Made by a program: the position numbers and the translations under genes. The notes under the pieces were generated by a model. It was given only the letters and a program-made list of their open reading frames with translations, was not told where the DNA came from and did no database searches. Positions 1 through 13,248 of a stretch of DNA of 64,000 nucleotides are shown here, in pieces (position 1 is the first letter of the stretch; each line of letters opens with the position of its first letter). Source of the stretch: an uncultured Chloroflexia bacterium (GTDB lineage: Bacteria > Chloroflexota > Limnocylindria > Limnocylindrales > CSP1-4); the NCBI GenBank assembly GCA_963744095.1, contig CAVUSH010000006.1:133670-197669 (forward strand), read 5' to 3'.

Positions 1-1089
1 GTCGCGCCGGTAGAGGGCGTGGGCCTTCAGCGCCTGCTCGAAGTGGCGGGCGAGGCGCGGGTCGGCGTCGTAGAGGTTCGCCACGCCGATGAGCTTCTCC
101 ATCTTGTCCACGCCGTCCTCGGTCGGCGAGACGGCCTTGTCCTTGAGGTCCACGAAGTAGTCGCCGCCCTCCTCGGCGCCCTCGGGGCGGGGATGGAGCT
201 TGGGGACCAGGCGGGCGAACGTGTAGTAGAGGTCGGCCGACTCCTCGGCCTGGCCGCTGATGATGAGGGGCGTGCGGGCCTCGTCGATGAGGATGTTGTC
301 GACCTCGTCCACGATGCCGAAGAAGCGCTCCCGCTGGACCCGCTCGTCCAGCTCCGTGACCATGTTGTCGCGGAGGTAGTCGAAGCCGTACTCGTTGTTC
401 GTCCCGTAGGTGACGTCCGCGGCATAGGCCTCGCGACGGGTCACCGGGCGCAGGTTGATCAGGCGCTCGTCGGTCGTCGGGTAGCCGGGCTCGAAGACGT
501 ACGCCGTGTCGTGGACGATGATCCCGACGGAGAGTCCGAGGAAGTGGTAGATCGGGCCCATCCATTGCGGGTCGCGCCGGGCGAGGTAGTCGTTGACGGT
601 GACGATGTGGACGCCCCGTCCGGTCAGGCCGTTGAGGATCGCGGCCAGCGGGGCGACGAGGGTCTTGCCCTCGCCGGTCTTCATCTCGGCGATCTTGCCC
701 TGGTGGAGGACGGCCCCGCCGATCAGCTGGACGTCGAAATGGCGCATCCCCAGGGTGCGCCTCATCGCCTCCCGGGCGCAGGCGAACACTTCGGGGAGGG
801 CGTCGTCCAGGGCTGCCTGGAGCCGCTCGTTCTCCCTCGTCCGGCGCGCCTTCTCCATGTCCCGGCGGCGCTCGGGGTCACGCTGCTCGTGCTCGTCCGG
901 GGTCGGGCCGAAGCCGACCTGCAGCTCGGCCAGCTCGGCGCGGATCTCGTCCACGCGGGACCGGATCTCCGCGTCGGACTCGCGCTCCAGCTCGCCTTCG
1001 AGCGCATTCGCGGCATCGACGAGGGGCTGGATCCGCCTGACCTCGCGGTCGTTCGAATCGACGAAACGGGAGAGGAAACCCATGACCAT
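1..1089 (-). CDS. secA: Preprotein translocase ATPase SecA, N-terminal 363 codons (gene continues past the left window edge)
   Basis: Manual reverse translation from the ATG at 1089 gives [23 protein letters not shown]...[32 protein letters not shown]...[11 protein letters not shown]...[17 protein letters not shown]...[20 protein letters not shown]. The frame is open to base 1. It is absent from the ORF track because it is truncated. Confidence 0.92.
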   Translation of the reverse strand, partial: MVMGFLSRFVDSNDREVRRIQPLVDAANALEGELERESDAEIRSRVDEIRAELAELQVGFGPTPDEHEQRDPERRRDMEKARRTRENERLQAALDDALPEVFACAREAMRRTLGMRHFDVQLIGGAVLHQGKIAEMKTGEGKTLVAPLAAILNGLTGRGVHIVTVNDYLARRDPQWMGPIYHFLGLSVGIIVHDTAYVFEPGYPTTDERLINLRPVTRREAYAADVTYGTNNEYGFDYLRDNMVTELDERVQRERFFGIVDEVDNILIDEARTPLIISGQAEESADLYYTFARLVPKLHPRPEGAEEGGDYFVDLKDKAVSPTEDGVDKMEKLIGVANLYDADPRLARHFEQALKAHALYRRD

Positions 1090-1098
1090 GGCCGGGTC

Positions 1099-1104
1099 AG
1101 TATA
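1099..1104 (-). promoter_or_regulatory. -10-like hexamer TATACT, 9 nt upstream of the secA ATG (very short or no leader)
   Basis: The minus strand reads TATACT-gacccggcc-ATG. This AT-rich hexamer is rare in this GC-rich DNA, and every copy I noticed was upstream of a gene. Confidence 0.4.
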
Positions 1105-1203
1105 CGGGCGGGTCCCCTCGGAGTCCCCCGGCGGGCCCCGGGTCCGCGGTCGCTGGCCCCGGCGCCGCGGCATCGGGTCCGGTCGGGCGCGCGGTGGGCG
1201 CGG

Positions 1204-1434
1204 CTACTTCCAGAAGCCTGAGCCGTAGCCGGCGAGGAGCAGGGCGAAGGTCAAGCCCGTGAGGCCGAGCCAGAAGAGGACCGCGACCGGGGTCCGGGTG
1301 GGGTTCATCTCCGTGTTCTTGAGCGGCGCCGCGTTCCAGCGCGGCGATTCGAGCTGGTCGCGCCAGTCCTTCGGAGTATCGGTCTGCGGCTCGAGGCCGC
1401 CCTGGCCGTCGGGCCGGTGGAGCTGGAGGGTCAT
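1204..1434 (-). CDS. Hypothetical small membrane protein (76 aa)
   Basis: The start overlaps the prs stop (ATGA at 1431-1434), suggesting translational coupling. It has one C-terminal hydrophobic helix (VAVLFWLGLTGLTFALLLAGYG). I recognise no family, so it could be spurious. Confidence 0.35.
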   Translation of the reverse strand: MTLQLHRPDGQGGLEPQTDTPKDWRDQLESPRWNAAPLKNTEMNPTRTPVAVLFWLGLTGLTFALLLAGYGSGFWK

Positions 1435-2591
1435 CGGTCTCCCGGGGTGCTGGCCGGTGCGCTGCCGGCGGTGGGGGCGGCGGGGACGGCCTGGTCGTCG
1501 GGGATCCGGGCGTGCTGCGGCGCGAGGTGGTCGGTCTCCAGGTGGGTGCCGGTGCGAGCGTCGAGCAGGTGCTCCACGCCGTCCTCCCAGAGAATCATCT
1601 CCTGGGTGAGGGTCACCTCCGACGAGAAGAGCGCCCCGACCGATTCGCCGCGATGGATCCGCCGGATCGCTTCGCCGATGAGCGGGGCGACCGAGAGCGT
1701 CGTGATCTGGGGAAGGCGCTTCTCCGCGGGGAGCGGGATCGAGTCCGTCAGGACCACCTCCCGCAGGCCGGACGCAGCGATCCGGTCGATCGCGGGGTCG
1801 GACAGGACGCCGTGCGTGGCGCAGGCATAGACCTCCTCGACACCCTCGCCCTGGAGCGCCCGGACCACCTCGAGGAGCGTGCCGCCCGTGTCGATCTCGT
1901 CATCGACGAAGATCGCCCGCCGGTCGCGGACTTCGCCGATGACGTTCATCACCTCGGCCTGGTCCAGGTTGCCGACGCGGCGCTTCTCGATGATGGCGAG
2001 GGGCGCGTCGAGGAGCTCCGCGAACGTCCGGGCCCGCTTGGCGTACCCGAGGTCGGTGACGATGACGACGTCCTCGAGCTTCTTCTGGCGGAAGTAGTTG
2101 GAGAGGAGATGGACGGCCGTCAGCTCGTCGACCGGGATGTTGAAGAATCCCTGGATCTGGCCCTGGTGGAGGTCCATCGAGAGGACCCGGTCGGCGCCGG
2201 CGACGGTGATCATGTCGGCGACGAGGCGGGCGGTGATCGGGACCCGGGGCTGGTCCTTCTTGTCCGAGCGGCCGTAGGCGTAGTAGGGGATGACGGCGGT
2301 GATCCGCCCCGCGCTCGCCCGCTTGAAGGCGTCGATCATGATCAGGAGCTCCATGATCGACTGGTTGACCGGGCGGCAGGTCGGCTGGATGAGGAAGACG
2401 TCCTTCTCGCGGACGTTGTCCAGGATCTTGACGAAGATGTTCTCGTTGGCGAACGAGAAGACCTCCGCCTGGCCGAGCGGCATGCCGAGGTAGCGGCAGA
2501 TCTTGCGGGCCAGGCCCGCGTTGGCGTTCCCGGTGTAGACGTCGAACGAGTCGGAGTACACGGGCGCCTCCTCCGCACCGAACCCCCTCAC
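1431..2591 (-). CDS. prs: Ribose-phosphate pyrophosphokinase (PRPP synthetase) with ~60-aa C-terminal extension
   Basis: 386 aa. Motifs: [37 protein letters not shown] and the PRPP loop [11 protein letters not shown]. The GTG start overlaps the gyrA stop (GTGA at 2588-2591). Confidence 0.93.
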   Translation of the reverse strand: MRGFGAEEAPVYSDSFDVYTGNANAGLARKICRYLGMPLGQAEVFSFANENIFVKILDNVREKDVFLIQPTCRPVNQSIMELLIMIDAFKRASAGRITAVIPYYAYGRSDKKDQPRVPITARLVADMITVAGADRVLSMDLHQGQIQGFFNIPVDELTAVHLLSNYFRQKKLEDVVIVTDLGYAKRARTFAELLDAPLAIIEKRRVGNLDQAEVMNVIGEVRDRRAIFVDDEIDTGGTLLEVVRALQGEGVEEVYACATHGVLSDPAIDRIAASGLREVVLTDSIPLPAEKRLPQITTLSVAPLIGEAIRRIHRGESVGALFSSEVTLTQEMILWEDGVEHLLDARTGTHLETDHLAPQHARIPDDQAVPAAPTAGSAPASTPGDR

Positions 2592-5149
2592 GCGACCGGA
2601 CTGCTCCCGGAGCCTGGCCCCGCGTCGGGGTCGTCATTGTCGCCCATGCCCCCGCGCTCCGCCAGCCCTTCGCTGAACGCGGCGATCCCCACCACCCGGT
2701 CGCCCTCGTTGAGGCGCATCGTGATGACGCCGCGGGCGCCGGACGAGTAGCGGTTGATCGTGTCGGTCCGGGTCCGGACCACCTGGCCGCCGGCGCTGAT
2801 GAGGAGGAGCTCCTCGTCCGTCTCGGTGACCTGCTGGACGGCGGCCACGCGGCCCGTCTTGTGCCCCTCGAGCGGGATCAGCATCACGCCCTGGCCGCCG
2901 CGGTGCTTGCGGCGGAATTCGGAGAGCGCCACGCGCTTCCCGTAGCCCGTCTCGGTGAGGACCAGGAGGTCGCGCTCCGGCTGGACCACGCTCATGCGAG
3001 ACGACCTCGTCGCCGGCCCGGGCGAGGCGGATGCCGATGCACCCCGGCCGCTTCGCGCCCCATGGCGCGCACCTCCGTCTCGGCGAAGCGGGCGATCTTG
3101 CCGAGGGCGGTCGCGATGATCATGTCGTCCTGGCCGGCCGCCACGCCCACCCAGGCGAGCTCGTCCTGGTTCGCCAGGGTGATGGCCCGGATCCCGGAGG
3201 AGCGGACCTTCTCGAACAGCTCGAGCGGCGTCTTCTTGATGACCCCGCGGCGGGTCGCCATCACGAGGTAGCGGCCGGCCTTGAAGTCCGAACACGACGA
3301 GCGTTGCCGTGGGAGCCTCGCCGGCCTCCACCTGGACGCCGGGCAGGTTGATGATCGGGATCCCCTTGGCCTGGCGGCTGGCGTCGGGCACCGAGTGAAC
3401 CTTGGCCGAGAAGACCCGGCCCCGGTTCGTGAAGAAGAGCGCCCAGTCGTGGGTGTTGGCCACGAGGAGGCTGTCGACGGCGTCCTCCTCCCGCGTGACA
3501 TGGCCGATGATCCCCTTCCCGCCGCGGCCCTGGCGGCGGTAGGTGGCGACGGGCTGGCGCTTGATGTAGCCGCGCCGGCTGATGGTGACGACGACGTCCT
3601 CGTCCGCGATCAAGTCCTCGTCGGTCAGCTCGCGGCTGGAGTCGTCCACCACCCGCGTCCGGCGCTCCCCGGCGTATTTCCGCTTCAGCTCCGTCAGCTC
3701 GTCCTTGATGATGGCCAGGACGCGAGACGGGTTGGCGAGGATGTCCTCGAGCTCCGCGATGAGCTGGATGACCGCGAGGTACTCGTCCTCGATCTTCTTG
3801 CGCTCGAGGGCCGCCAGGCGGGCAAGGCGCATGTCGAGGATCGCCTGGGCCTGGATCTCGGAGAGCCCGAACTGCGCGATGAGGTTGTTGCGGGCCGTCT
3901 CGACGTCGGCCGAGGCGCGGATCGTCGCGATCACCTCGTCGAGATGGTCGAGGGCGATCTTGAGGCCCTCGAGGACGTGGGCCCGCTCACGCGCCTTGCC
4001 GAGGTCGTACTCCGTGCGACGCCGGACGATCTCGCGGCGGTGCTCGATATGGTGGGCGATGACCGCCTTGAGGGGGAGGGTCTGCGGCTGCCCGTCGACC
4101 AGGGCCAGCATGTTGAGGTTGAAGGCCAGCTGCATCGCCGTGTGCTTGAACAGGTTGTTCAGCACGGTGTGCGGGTTGGCGTCGTTCTTGATCTCGACGT
4201 AGATCCGCATCCCGTCGCGGTCAGACTCGTCGCGAAGGTCGGCGATCCCGTCGATCCGCTTGTCTTTCACCAGGTCCGCGATCTTCTCGAGGAGCGTGGC
4301 CTTGTTCACCTGGTACGGCAGCTCGCTGACGATGATCGCCACCCGGTCGCGGCGGGCCTCCTCGAAGGCGACCTGGGCCCGCATGATCACGCGGCCGTGG
4401 CCGTGGGCATACATCTGACGGATGGCGTCCACGGTCTCCGTGGCGCCCGTGATGGCGTTCTTCTGCTGCTCGTAGCGGAAGATGGAGCCGCCGGTCGGGA
4501 AGTCGGGCCCACGCACGAAGGCGCACAGGTCGTCGGAGGTGAGCTCGGGGTCGTCGATGAGGGCCATCTCCGCGTCCACGATCTCGCCGAGATGGTGCGG
4601 CGGGATGTTGGTGGCCATCCCGACGGCGATCCCCGACGAGCCGTTGATGAGCAGGTTCGGCAGCTTCGCCGGGAGGATCGTCGGCTCCCGGTGCTGGCCG
4701 TCGTAGTTGTCGGCGAAGTCGACCGTCGCCCGGTCGATGTCGGCGAGCATCTCGGCGGCGATCGCGGTCAGGCGCGCCTCCGTGTAGCGCATCGCCGCGG
4801 CGGAGTCCCCGTCCACCGAGCCGAAGTTGCCCTGCCCGTCGATCAGCGGGTAGCGCATCGAGAAGTCCTGCGCCAGCCGGACGAGGGCGTCGTAGATCGC
4901 CGCGTCACCGTGCGGATGGAGCTTGCCCATCACCTCGCCGACGATCGCCGCGCATTTCCGGAAGGAGCTCGTGGCCGAGAGCCCCATCTCCCCCATCGTG
5001 TAGAGGATCCGGCGATGGACCGGCTTCAGCCCGTCGCGGACGTCCGGCAGGGCGCGGGCCACGATCACGCTCATCGCGTAGTCGAGGTAGGACGTCCGCA
5101 TCTCGTCCTCGATGCGGATCGAGCGGACGTCGCCCAGGTTGTCGGTCAC
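2588..5149 (-). CDS. gyrA: DNA gyrase subunit A; the ORF is open, but an internal ~300-nt segment of the C-terminal domain is out of frame
   Basis: 853 aa. Motifs: [34 protein letters not shown] (catalytic Tyr region) and the GyrA box QGRGGKG. Residues encoded by ~2996-3290 are an R/P/G-rich non-GyrA string. The canonical beta-pinwheel sequence appears in the alternative-frame ORF 2992..3501. Confidence 0.9.
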   Translation of the reverse strand: MTDNLGDVRSIRIEDEMRTSYLDYAMSVIVARALPDVRDGLKPVHRRILYTMGEMGLSATSSFRKCAAIVGEVMGKLHPHGDAAIYDALVRLAQDFSMRYPLIDGQGNFGSVDGDSAAAMRYTEARLTAIAAEMLADIDRATVDFADNYDGQHREPTILPAKLPNLLINGSSGIAVGMATNIPPHHLGEIVDAEMALIDDPELTSDDLCAFVRGPDFPTGGSIFRYEQQKNAITGATETVDAIRQMYAHGHGRVIMRAQVAFEEARRDRVAIIVSELPYQVNKATLLEKIADLVKDKRIDGIADLRDESDRDGMRIYVEIKNDANPHTVLNNLFKHTAMQLAFNLNMLALVDGQPQTLPLKAVIAHHIEHRREIVRRRTEYDLGKARERAHVLEGLKIALDHLDEVIATIRASADVETARNNLIAQFGLSEIQAQAILDMRLARLAALERKKIEDEYLAVIQLIAELEDILANPSRVLAIIKDELTELKRKYAGERRTRVVDDSSRELTDEDLIADEDVVVTISRRGYIKRQPVATYRRQGRGGKGIIGHVTREEDAVDSLLVANTHDWALFFTNRGRVFSAKVHSVPDASRQAKGIPIINLPGVQVEAGEAPTATLVVFGLQGRPLPRDGDPPRGHQEDAARAVREGPLLRDPGHHPGEPGRARLGGRGGRPGRHDHRDRPRQDRPLRRDGGARHGARSGRGASASASPGPATRSSRMSVVQPERDLLVLTETGYGKRVALSEFRRKHRGGQGVMLIPLEGHKTGRVAAVQQVTETDEELLLISAGGQVVRTRTDTINRYSSGARGVITMRLNEGDRVVGIAAFSEGLAERGGMGDNDDPDAGPGSGSSPVA

Positions 5150-5186
5150 GGTCGCGTTCTCCGGTGGCAGGCGGCGGGACTGAGGC

Positions 5187-6223
5187 TCATGGCGGTGGCG
5201 CCCCCGCGGCCGGGCGGCCCGGGCTCGCGGCGAGGAAGGCGGCGGCCGCGGCGGCCGCAGTCGACGTGGACGGGGCTCCCTTCGTCCGCCGGACGCCGGC
5301 CAGCGTCGCCCGGATCGCGTCGCGATCGGCGGCGGGGAGCTTTGCCAGGGTGTCCCGCAGCACCCAGGCCCGGTTGCCGTCCGCGGCCGCCGCGGCGATC
5401 CGTGCCTGGGCGCGGCAGAAGGCGACGACCGGTGCGGGATCGACCTTGGCCAGCTCGCGGAGCGCCCATGACAGCGCCTTCTGGACGTCGGGCTCCGCGT
5501 CGCCGATCAGCTGCCCGACGAGGTCCAGGCCGTGGGCGATCACGAGCTCGGAATGCCCGGATGGGTGGTTTCGGTGCGGGATCGTCGCGATCGTGGAGCC
5601 GACGAGCCGTCGTTCCCAGGGGCTGCGGCTGTAGACGAGCTGATCCAGCTCCGCCCAGCGATACGGCTCGGACAGGATCCCGGTGGCCGTGACCCCGGCC
5701 AGGGTGTCGACCGTGATCCATTCGTCGGCGTCGCGCCCGATCCGCCGGATCACCTGCCAGGCTCGCTCGGGGTCGGCGGCGACGATCCAGCCGAGGACGT
5801 GGATCGCCAGCCAGCGGAGCTCGCGGATCTCGTCGCCGGCCAGGGCCTCGGCCACCACGAGGAGGCGCGACGGGGCGGTCCCCCGGACCTCCCGGCGGAG
5901 GCCGGCGGCCACCGCGTCGAGGAGCGGCGTCCGGATCCCGAGCGTGGGGCCGATCCCGGGAGCCACCAGTCGCTGGCCGGTGCGGTAGGCGGGGTCGGCA
6001 ATCGTGCCGAGGCCCGTGCGCGCCGCGTCGGCGAACGCGCGCGGGTCGTCCAGGTGGTCGGCGAGGCCCCGGCCGACGGCGTGCGCCGTGGACAGGTGCC
6101 CGGTCACGAACGCCCGGGCGGCCGCCGTGGCCTCGCTCGGGCTACGGCCCCCCGCGGCCGCGGCCGCCCCGATCCCCGCGGATGCCGGCGCCCCGATCCC
6201 CGCGGCCGCGGCCGCCGGTGCCA

Positions 6224-6227
<4 letters not shown>
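5187..6227 (-). CDS. DNA alkylation repair (AlkC/AlkD-like HEAT-repeat) family protein
   Basis: 346 aa, helical-repeat protein. The motifs [12 protein letters not shown] and [18 protein letters not shown] resemble the DNA_alkylation family. Termini are Ala/Gly-rich. The start overlaps the upstream thioesterase stop. Confidence 0.6.
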
Positions 6228-9546
<3,319 letters not shown>

Positions 9547-9550
<4 letters not shown>

Positions 9551-10335
9551 GCCACACCTCCGATCGCGTGGCGGACGCCGCGCCCGTGGAGCTCGGTGGC
9601 CAGGGCGCGGTAGGCGGCCGCGCCACGACTCTCCGGGGCGTACTGGGCGATGGGCCGGCCATGGCTGGGCGCCTCGGCAAGGCGGACGCTCCGCGGGACC
9701 ACCGTCTCGTAGACGGCGTCCGCAAGGTGGCGACGCACCTCCGACGCCACCTCCGCGGAGAGGTTCGTCCGCGCGTCGAACATGGTCAGGACGATTCCGT
9801 TGACGGCCAGGGCCGGGTTCAGGTGATCGCGGACGAGGTGGATGGTCGCGATCAGCTGGCTGAGGCCCTCGAGCGCGTAGTACTCGCACTGGAGCGGCAC
9901 GAGAACGGCGTCCGCCGCCGTCAGCGCATTCACGGTCAGGAGGCCAAGAGATGGAGGGCAGTCGACGAAGACGTAGTCGTAGGCGTCCACGACGGGCGGC
10001 AGCAGCCTCGCGAGGCGCCGCTCGCGCTGGGTGACCCCGGCAAGCTCCACCTCGGCCCCGGCGAGGGCGATCGATGAGGCAACGAGATGGAGGCCCGGGA
10101 CATCGGTGTGAACGACGAGATCCTGGAGCGGCACATCATCGACGAGCGCGTCGTAGATGGACCGTCCATCAGCGGCACGCTCGGCCCCAAGACCGCTCGT
10201 GGCGTTGCCCTGGGGGTCGAGGTCGATGACGAGGACGCGCGCGCCGTCGGCGGCAAGGTAGGCGGCGACGTTGACGACGGTGGTCGTCTTCCCGACGCCG
10301 CCCTTCTGGTTGGCGCAGGCAATCGTCTGGCCCAT
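9547..10335 (-). CDS. parA: Chromosome partitioning ATPase ParA/Soj
   Basis: 262 aa. It has the deviant Walker A NQKGGVGKTTT and the motifs LVIDLDPQGNATSGLG and VFVDCPPSLG. Confidence 0.93.
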
Positions 10336-10604
10336 CTACTGGCCAGGCTGAGAGGGGATCACGATCGTGAAGTCTACCATCGGGGACTCGTTCCTTCCTC
10401 CTCGCCGCCTCCGATTCGGCCGCTGGCGCTCGGGGCGCGTCCTGGCAACGACCTTGTCGGGCCGCGGCGGGACGGGTGCCTTGCTGCAGTCTGCCCGTCG
10501 TCGCCCATCTGCCGCTTAGCGCCGGCATCACGAGCTCCCACAGCACCGCTGCGGCACCCACGGCCCGTGGCGGCTCCTGTGCATGCCGGCCCCGGTTCCG
10601 GCCG

Positions 10605-10618
10605 GTTTCACGTGAAAC
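10605..10618. promoter_or_regulatory. parS: parS centromere-like ParB-binding site
   Basis: GTTTCACGTGAAAC is a perfect 14-bp palindrome identical to the core of the consensus parS (tGTTNCACGTGAAACa). It lies 270 bp upstream of parA in the 480-bp parA/mreD divergent spacer. Confidence 0.85.
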
Positions 10619-10718
10619 GAACGCAAGGCGGGCCATCCACGGGTACGGGGTTTCCGATCACGCTCGAGCAGAGCCACGGCCGGCTGATCCGCCCGTTCGA
10701 GAAGTGCGGGCATCGTCG

Positions 10719-10748
10719 TTGCCCCATATCGGGAGCCGTCGGTATACT
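10719..10748 (+). promoter_or_regulatory. Putative sigma70-type promoter for mreD-mrdA-rodA (TTGCCC-N18-TATACT)
   Basis: A -35-like TTGCCC at 10719-10724 and a -10-like TATACT at 10743-10748, about 70 nt upstream of the mreD start. Confidence 0.4.
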
Positions 10749-10816
10749 CGTCGGGCAGACCCCGTGGTCGTGCCGGGTCGGTCCGGCGATCGCGGGCGAA
10801 CTGAGGAACGACCGTC

Positions 10817-11323
10817 TTGAGCCTGGTTCTCGCAGCGGTCGGTGCCACAGTGGCTGCGCTCATTCAGTCAACCGTCCTGCCCTTCGCCGCCGCAGGCGCC
10901 GGGGGCCTCGATCTCGTCCTCGTCATCGCCGTCGTCTGGACGATGGCGCTGGGCCTCGAGGGTGGCCTCGTCTGGGCCTTCCTCGGAGGGCTGGTCATCG
11001 ACGTACTGCTCATGCGGCCGCTCGGGCTGACCGCGTTCATCGATCTCCTCGCCGTCGGCGCCGCGTGGGTGACCGGCCGGGTCTTCGTGCGCGCCCGGTA
11101 TCCCGTGATCGTGATCACGGCCGCGGCGCTGGCGGCGATCGCGGTCCCCCTGACGGTTGTCCTGTACCAGGCGCTGCGCGACGTGCCGGGCGACGTCGAC
11201 CCGACCGCGGGGCTCGTTCGCTCCACGATCCTTGCGGGGGTCTTCGCCGCAGTCGCGGCACCGCCGGCCCTCGCGTTCGCGCGGCGGACCCGAGTCGAGG
11301 AAGCCGAGCGGGTGGACTGGTGA
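10817..11323 (+). CDS. mreD: Rod shape-determining protein MreD
   Basis: 168 aa, polytopic. The pattern LDLVLVIAVVWTMALGLEGGLVWAFLGGLVIDVLLMRPLG matches the MreD signature. It sits directly upstream of and overlaps PBP2. The start codon is TTG. Confidence 0.7.
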   Translation: MSLVLAAVGATVAALIQSTVLPFAAAGAGGLDLVLVIAVVWTMALGLEGGLVWAFLGGLVIDVLLMRPLGLTAFIDLLAVGAAWVTGRVFVRARYPVIVITAAALAAIAVPLTVVLYQALRDVPGDVDPTAGLVRSTILAGVFAAVAAPPALAFARRTRVEEAERVDW

Positions 11324-13248
11324 GCGTTCTCGAGCAGCCCCTGTCCCACCAGCGGCGGCCCGCCCGCTTCGTCGTGTTCGGCATCGCCGTCGTGGTCGTC
11401 CTGAGCGGCCTGACGCTCCGTCTCTCGTCGATGCAGCTGGGCGGGTCTGCCCAGCCGGGGGGCGCGCCGGCTGCCGCGGGTGGCGACACGCGCCTGACGG
11501 CCCTGCAGCCGGTCGTCTCCACCCGGGGGCTCATCTACGACCGCGCCGGCAGGCCGCTCGTGGCGAACGTGCCGACCTTCACGGTGCGGGTGCGTCCTGC
11601 CGATCTTCCCCTCTCCCGGCGACCGGAGGTGGTCGAGCGGCTCGCGGGCCTGCTCGACACGACCCCGGGAGCCATCAACGCGAGCCTCGACGCGGGCTCG
11701 GCCTCGCGCTTCGACGCCGTGGCGATCGCCCGGGACGTCCCGGAGGCGACGGCCCGCCTGATCGCCGAGGATGGCCTCACCCTTCCGGGGGTGGAGGTGA
11801 CGGTCGAGCCTCGTCGCGATTACCTGGCCGGCGCCCTGATGACCCAGGTCCTGGGCTACACCGGCGCCGTCTCGCCCGAGGCCTACGCGGAGCTCGCGGA
11901 CAAGGGGTACCTCGCCGACGACCGGATCGGCCAGGCGGGCGTGGAGCTCACCTACGAGGCCGAGCTCCGGGGGACCTACGGCACCGAGCGGGTCGAGAAG
12001 GACGGGACCGGTCGCACGGTCCGCGTGATCGGGATCGAGACGCCGCCGACCGCCGGAAGCTCCCTCGTCCTCACGATCGACTCGAAGGAGCAGAAGCTGG
12101 CCGAGAAGGCCCTGAAGTGGGGACTCGCCAAGGCCGGCCTCAAGCGCGGCTCCATGGTCGTGCTCAATCCGCAGACCGGCGAGGTCCTGGCGATGGTGAG
12201 CCTGCCGACCTATGACGCGAACCAGTTCTCCCGGGGGATCACCAACGCGCAATTCAAGGCGCTTCTCGACAACCCGGACAAGCCGCTCATCAACCACGTC
12301 ATCGGCGACATCCAGCCGCCGGGCTCCACCTACAAGCTCGTGACAGGCCTCGGTGGCCTCGCCGACAAGGTCATCACCACGACGTCCACCCTGACCAGCA
12401 AGCCCTACGTCCAGCTCGGGGACACCAAGTTCTGGGAGTGGAACAAGCAGGGATGGGGTCCGCTGAACATCATCGAGGGCTTCGGCCACTCCAGCGACAC
12501 CTACTTCTACCAGCTTGCCCACGGCCTCGGCATCGAGCGGATAGCCCATTGGGCGCAGCAGCTGGGCTTCGGGAGCCCTACCGGGATCGACCTCCCGTTC
12601 GAAGCGGCCGGCCTGGTTCCGACCGACCAGTGGAAGATGGATCGCTTTGGCCTGCCGATCTACCCGGGCGAAGTGCTCCAGGCGGGGATCGGCCAGGGGT
12701 ATGACCTGGCAACCGTCCTGCAGATCGCCAACGCCTATGCCGCCGTCGCCAACGGCGGCAAGCTCTACGAGCCCCAGGTCGTCCGCGAGGTCCGCGGCCC
12801 GGACGGAACGGTCGTCCGCCCGTTCGAGCCGAAGCTGATCCGCAGGATCAAGGCGCCGGCCGCGGTGTTCACCACGATGCGCGAGGCGGCCCGCCGCGTC
12901 GTGACGATCCGCCACACCTACAACTTGGTCGACCTCCCGATCGTCGTCGCCGGCAAGACCGGCACGTCCGAGTTCGGCGTGCGGGACAAGAACGGCGTGC
13001 TGCCGTACAGCCACTGGTTCGCCGGGTTCGTGCCGAAGAACGCCTGGAAGAAGGACAACCCGTCCGGCAGCGTCACGAAGCCCGACGCGCAGCTCGCCTT
13101 TGCGGTCTTCACCTACGACTCGCGAACGCTGGGAAACGTCGCCACCGAGGTAGCGAAGTACTACCTGCAGCTCCACTTCGGGATCAAGCAGGACTACCGG
13201 ATTCCCGAGCTCCTCAAGCGGACCAACTTCTACCAGGGTCGCACCTGA
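11320..13248 (+). CDS. mrdA: Penicillin-binding protein 2 (elongasome transpeptidase)
   Basis: N-terminal TM helix, dimerisation domain (RGLIYDRAGRPLVAN) and transpeptidase motifs (PPGSTYKLVTG = SxxK; KTGTSE = KTG). I set the start to GTG 11320, overlapping the mreD stop. The first 411 codons of the track ORF are spurious. Confidence 0.88.
   Translation: MSVLEQPLSHQRRPARFVVFGIAVVVVLSGLTLRLSSMQLGGSAQPGGAPAAAGGDTRLTALQPVVSTRGLIYDRAGRPLVANVPTFTVRVRPADLPLSRRPEVVERLAGLLDTTPGAINASLDAGSASRFDAVAIARDVPEATARLIAEDGLTLPGVEVTVEPRRDYLAGALMTQVLGYTGAVSPEAYAELADKGYLADDRIGQAGVELTYEAELRGTYGTERVEKDGTGRTVRVIGIETPPTAGSSLVLTIDSKEQKLAEKALKWGLAKAGLKRGSMVVLNPQTGEVLAMVSLPTYDANQFSRGITNAQFKALLDNPDKPLINHVIGDIQPPGSTYKLVTGLGGLADKVITTTSTLTSKPYVQLGDTKFWEWNKQGWGPLNIIEGFGHSSDTYFYQLAHGLGIERIAHWAQQLGFGSPTGIDLPFEAAGLVPTDQWKMDRFGLPIYPGEVLQAGIGQGYDLATVLQIANAYAAVANGGKLYEPQVVREVRGPDGTVVRPFEPKLIRRIKAPAAVFTTMREAARRVVTIRHTYNLVDLPIVVAGKTGTSEFGVRDKNGVLPYSHWFAGFVPKNAWKKDNPSGSVTKPDAQLAFAVFTYDSRTLGNVATEVAKYYLQLHFGIKQDYRIPELLKRTNFYQGRT

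Noticed and set aside
2992-3501. 169-aa ORF overlapping gyrA in another frame, as a possible independent gene
   Set aside because: Its middle section is canonical GyrA beta-pinwheel sequence. It is the displaced reading frame of gyrA (see the frameshift finding), not a separate gene.
9551-9889. Upstream extensions of parB (track start 9889) and of gyrB (track start 8744)
   Set aside because: The extensions lie inside the preceding genes and are R/P-rich. GTG starts that form GTGA overlaps with the upstream stops give normal-length proteins. The gyrB start remains somewhat uncertain.
10336-10816. Possible chromosomal replication origin (oriC) because of parS, parAB and gyrBA nearby
   Set aside because: I found only isolated DnaA-box-like fragments (ATCCAC near 10636; TGTGGACA near 19638). 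There is no box cluster, no AT-rich DUE and no dnaA/dnaN in the window. This is not supportable from the sequence alone.
10087-11319. N-terminal 411 codons of the 1053-aa track ORF that ends as PBP2
   Set aside because: This part overlaps parA, the parS spacer and mreD, and is R/P/G-rich. The PBP2 homology (TM helix onward) begins at the GTG at 11320, overlapping the mreD stop.
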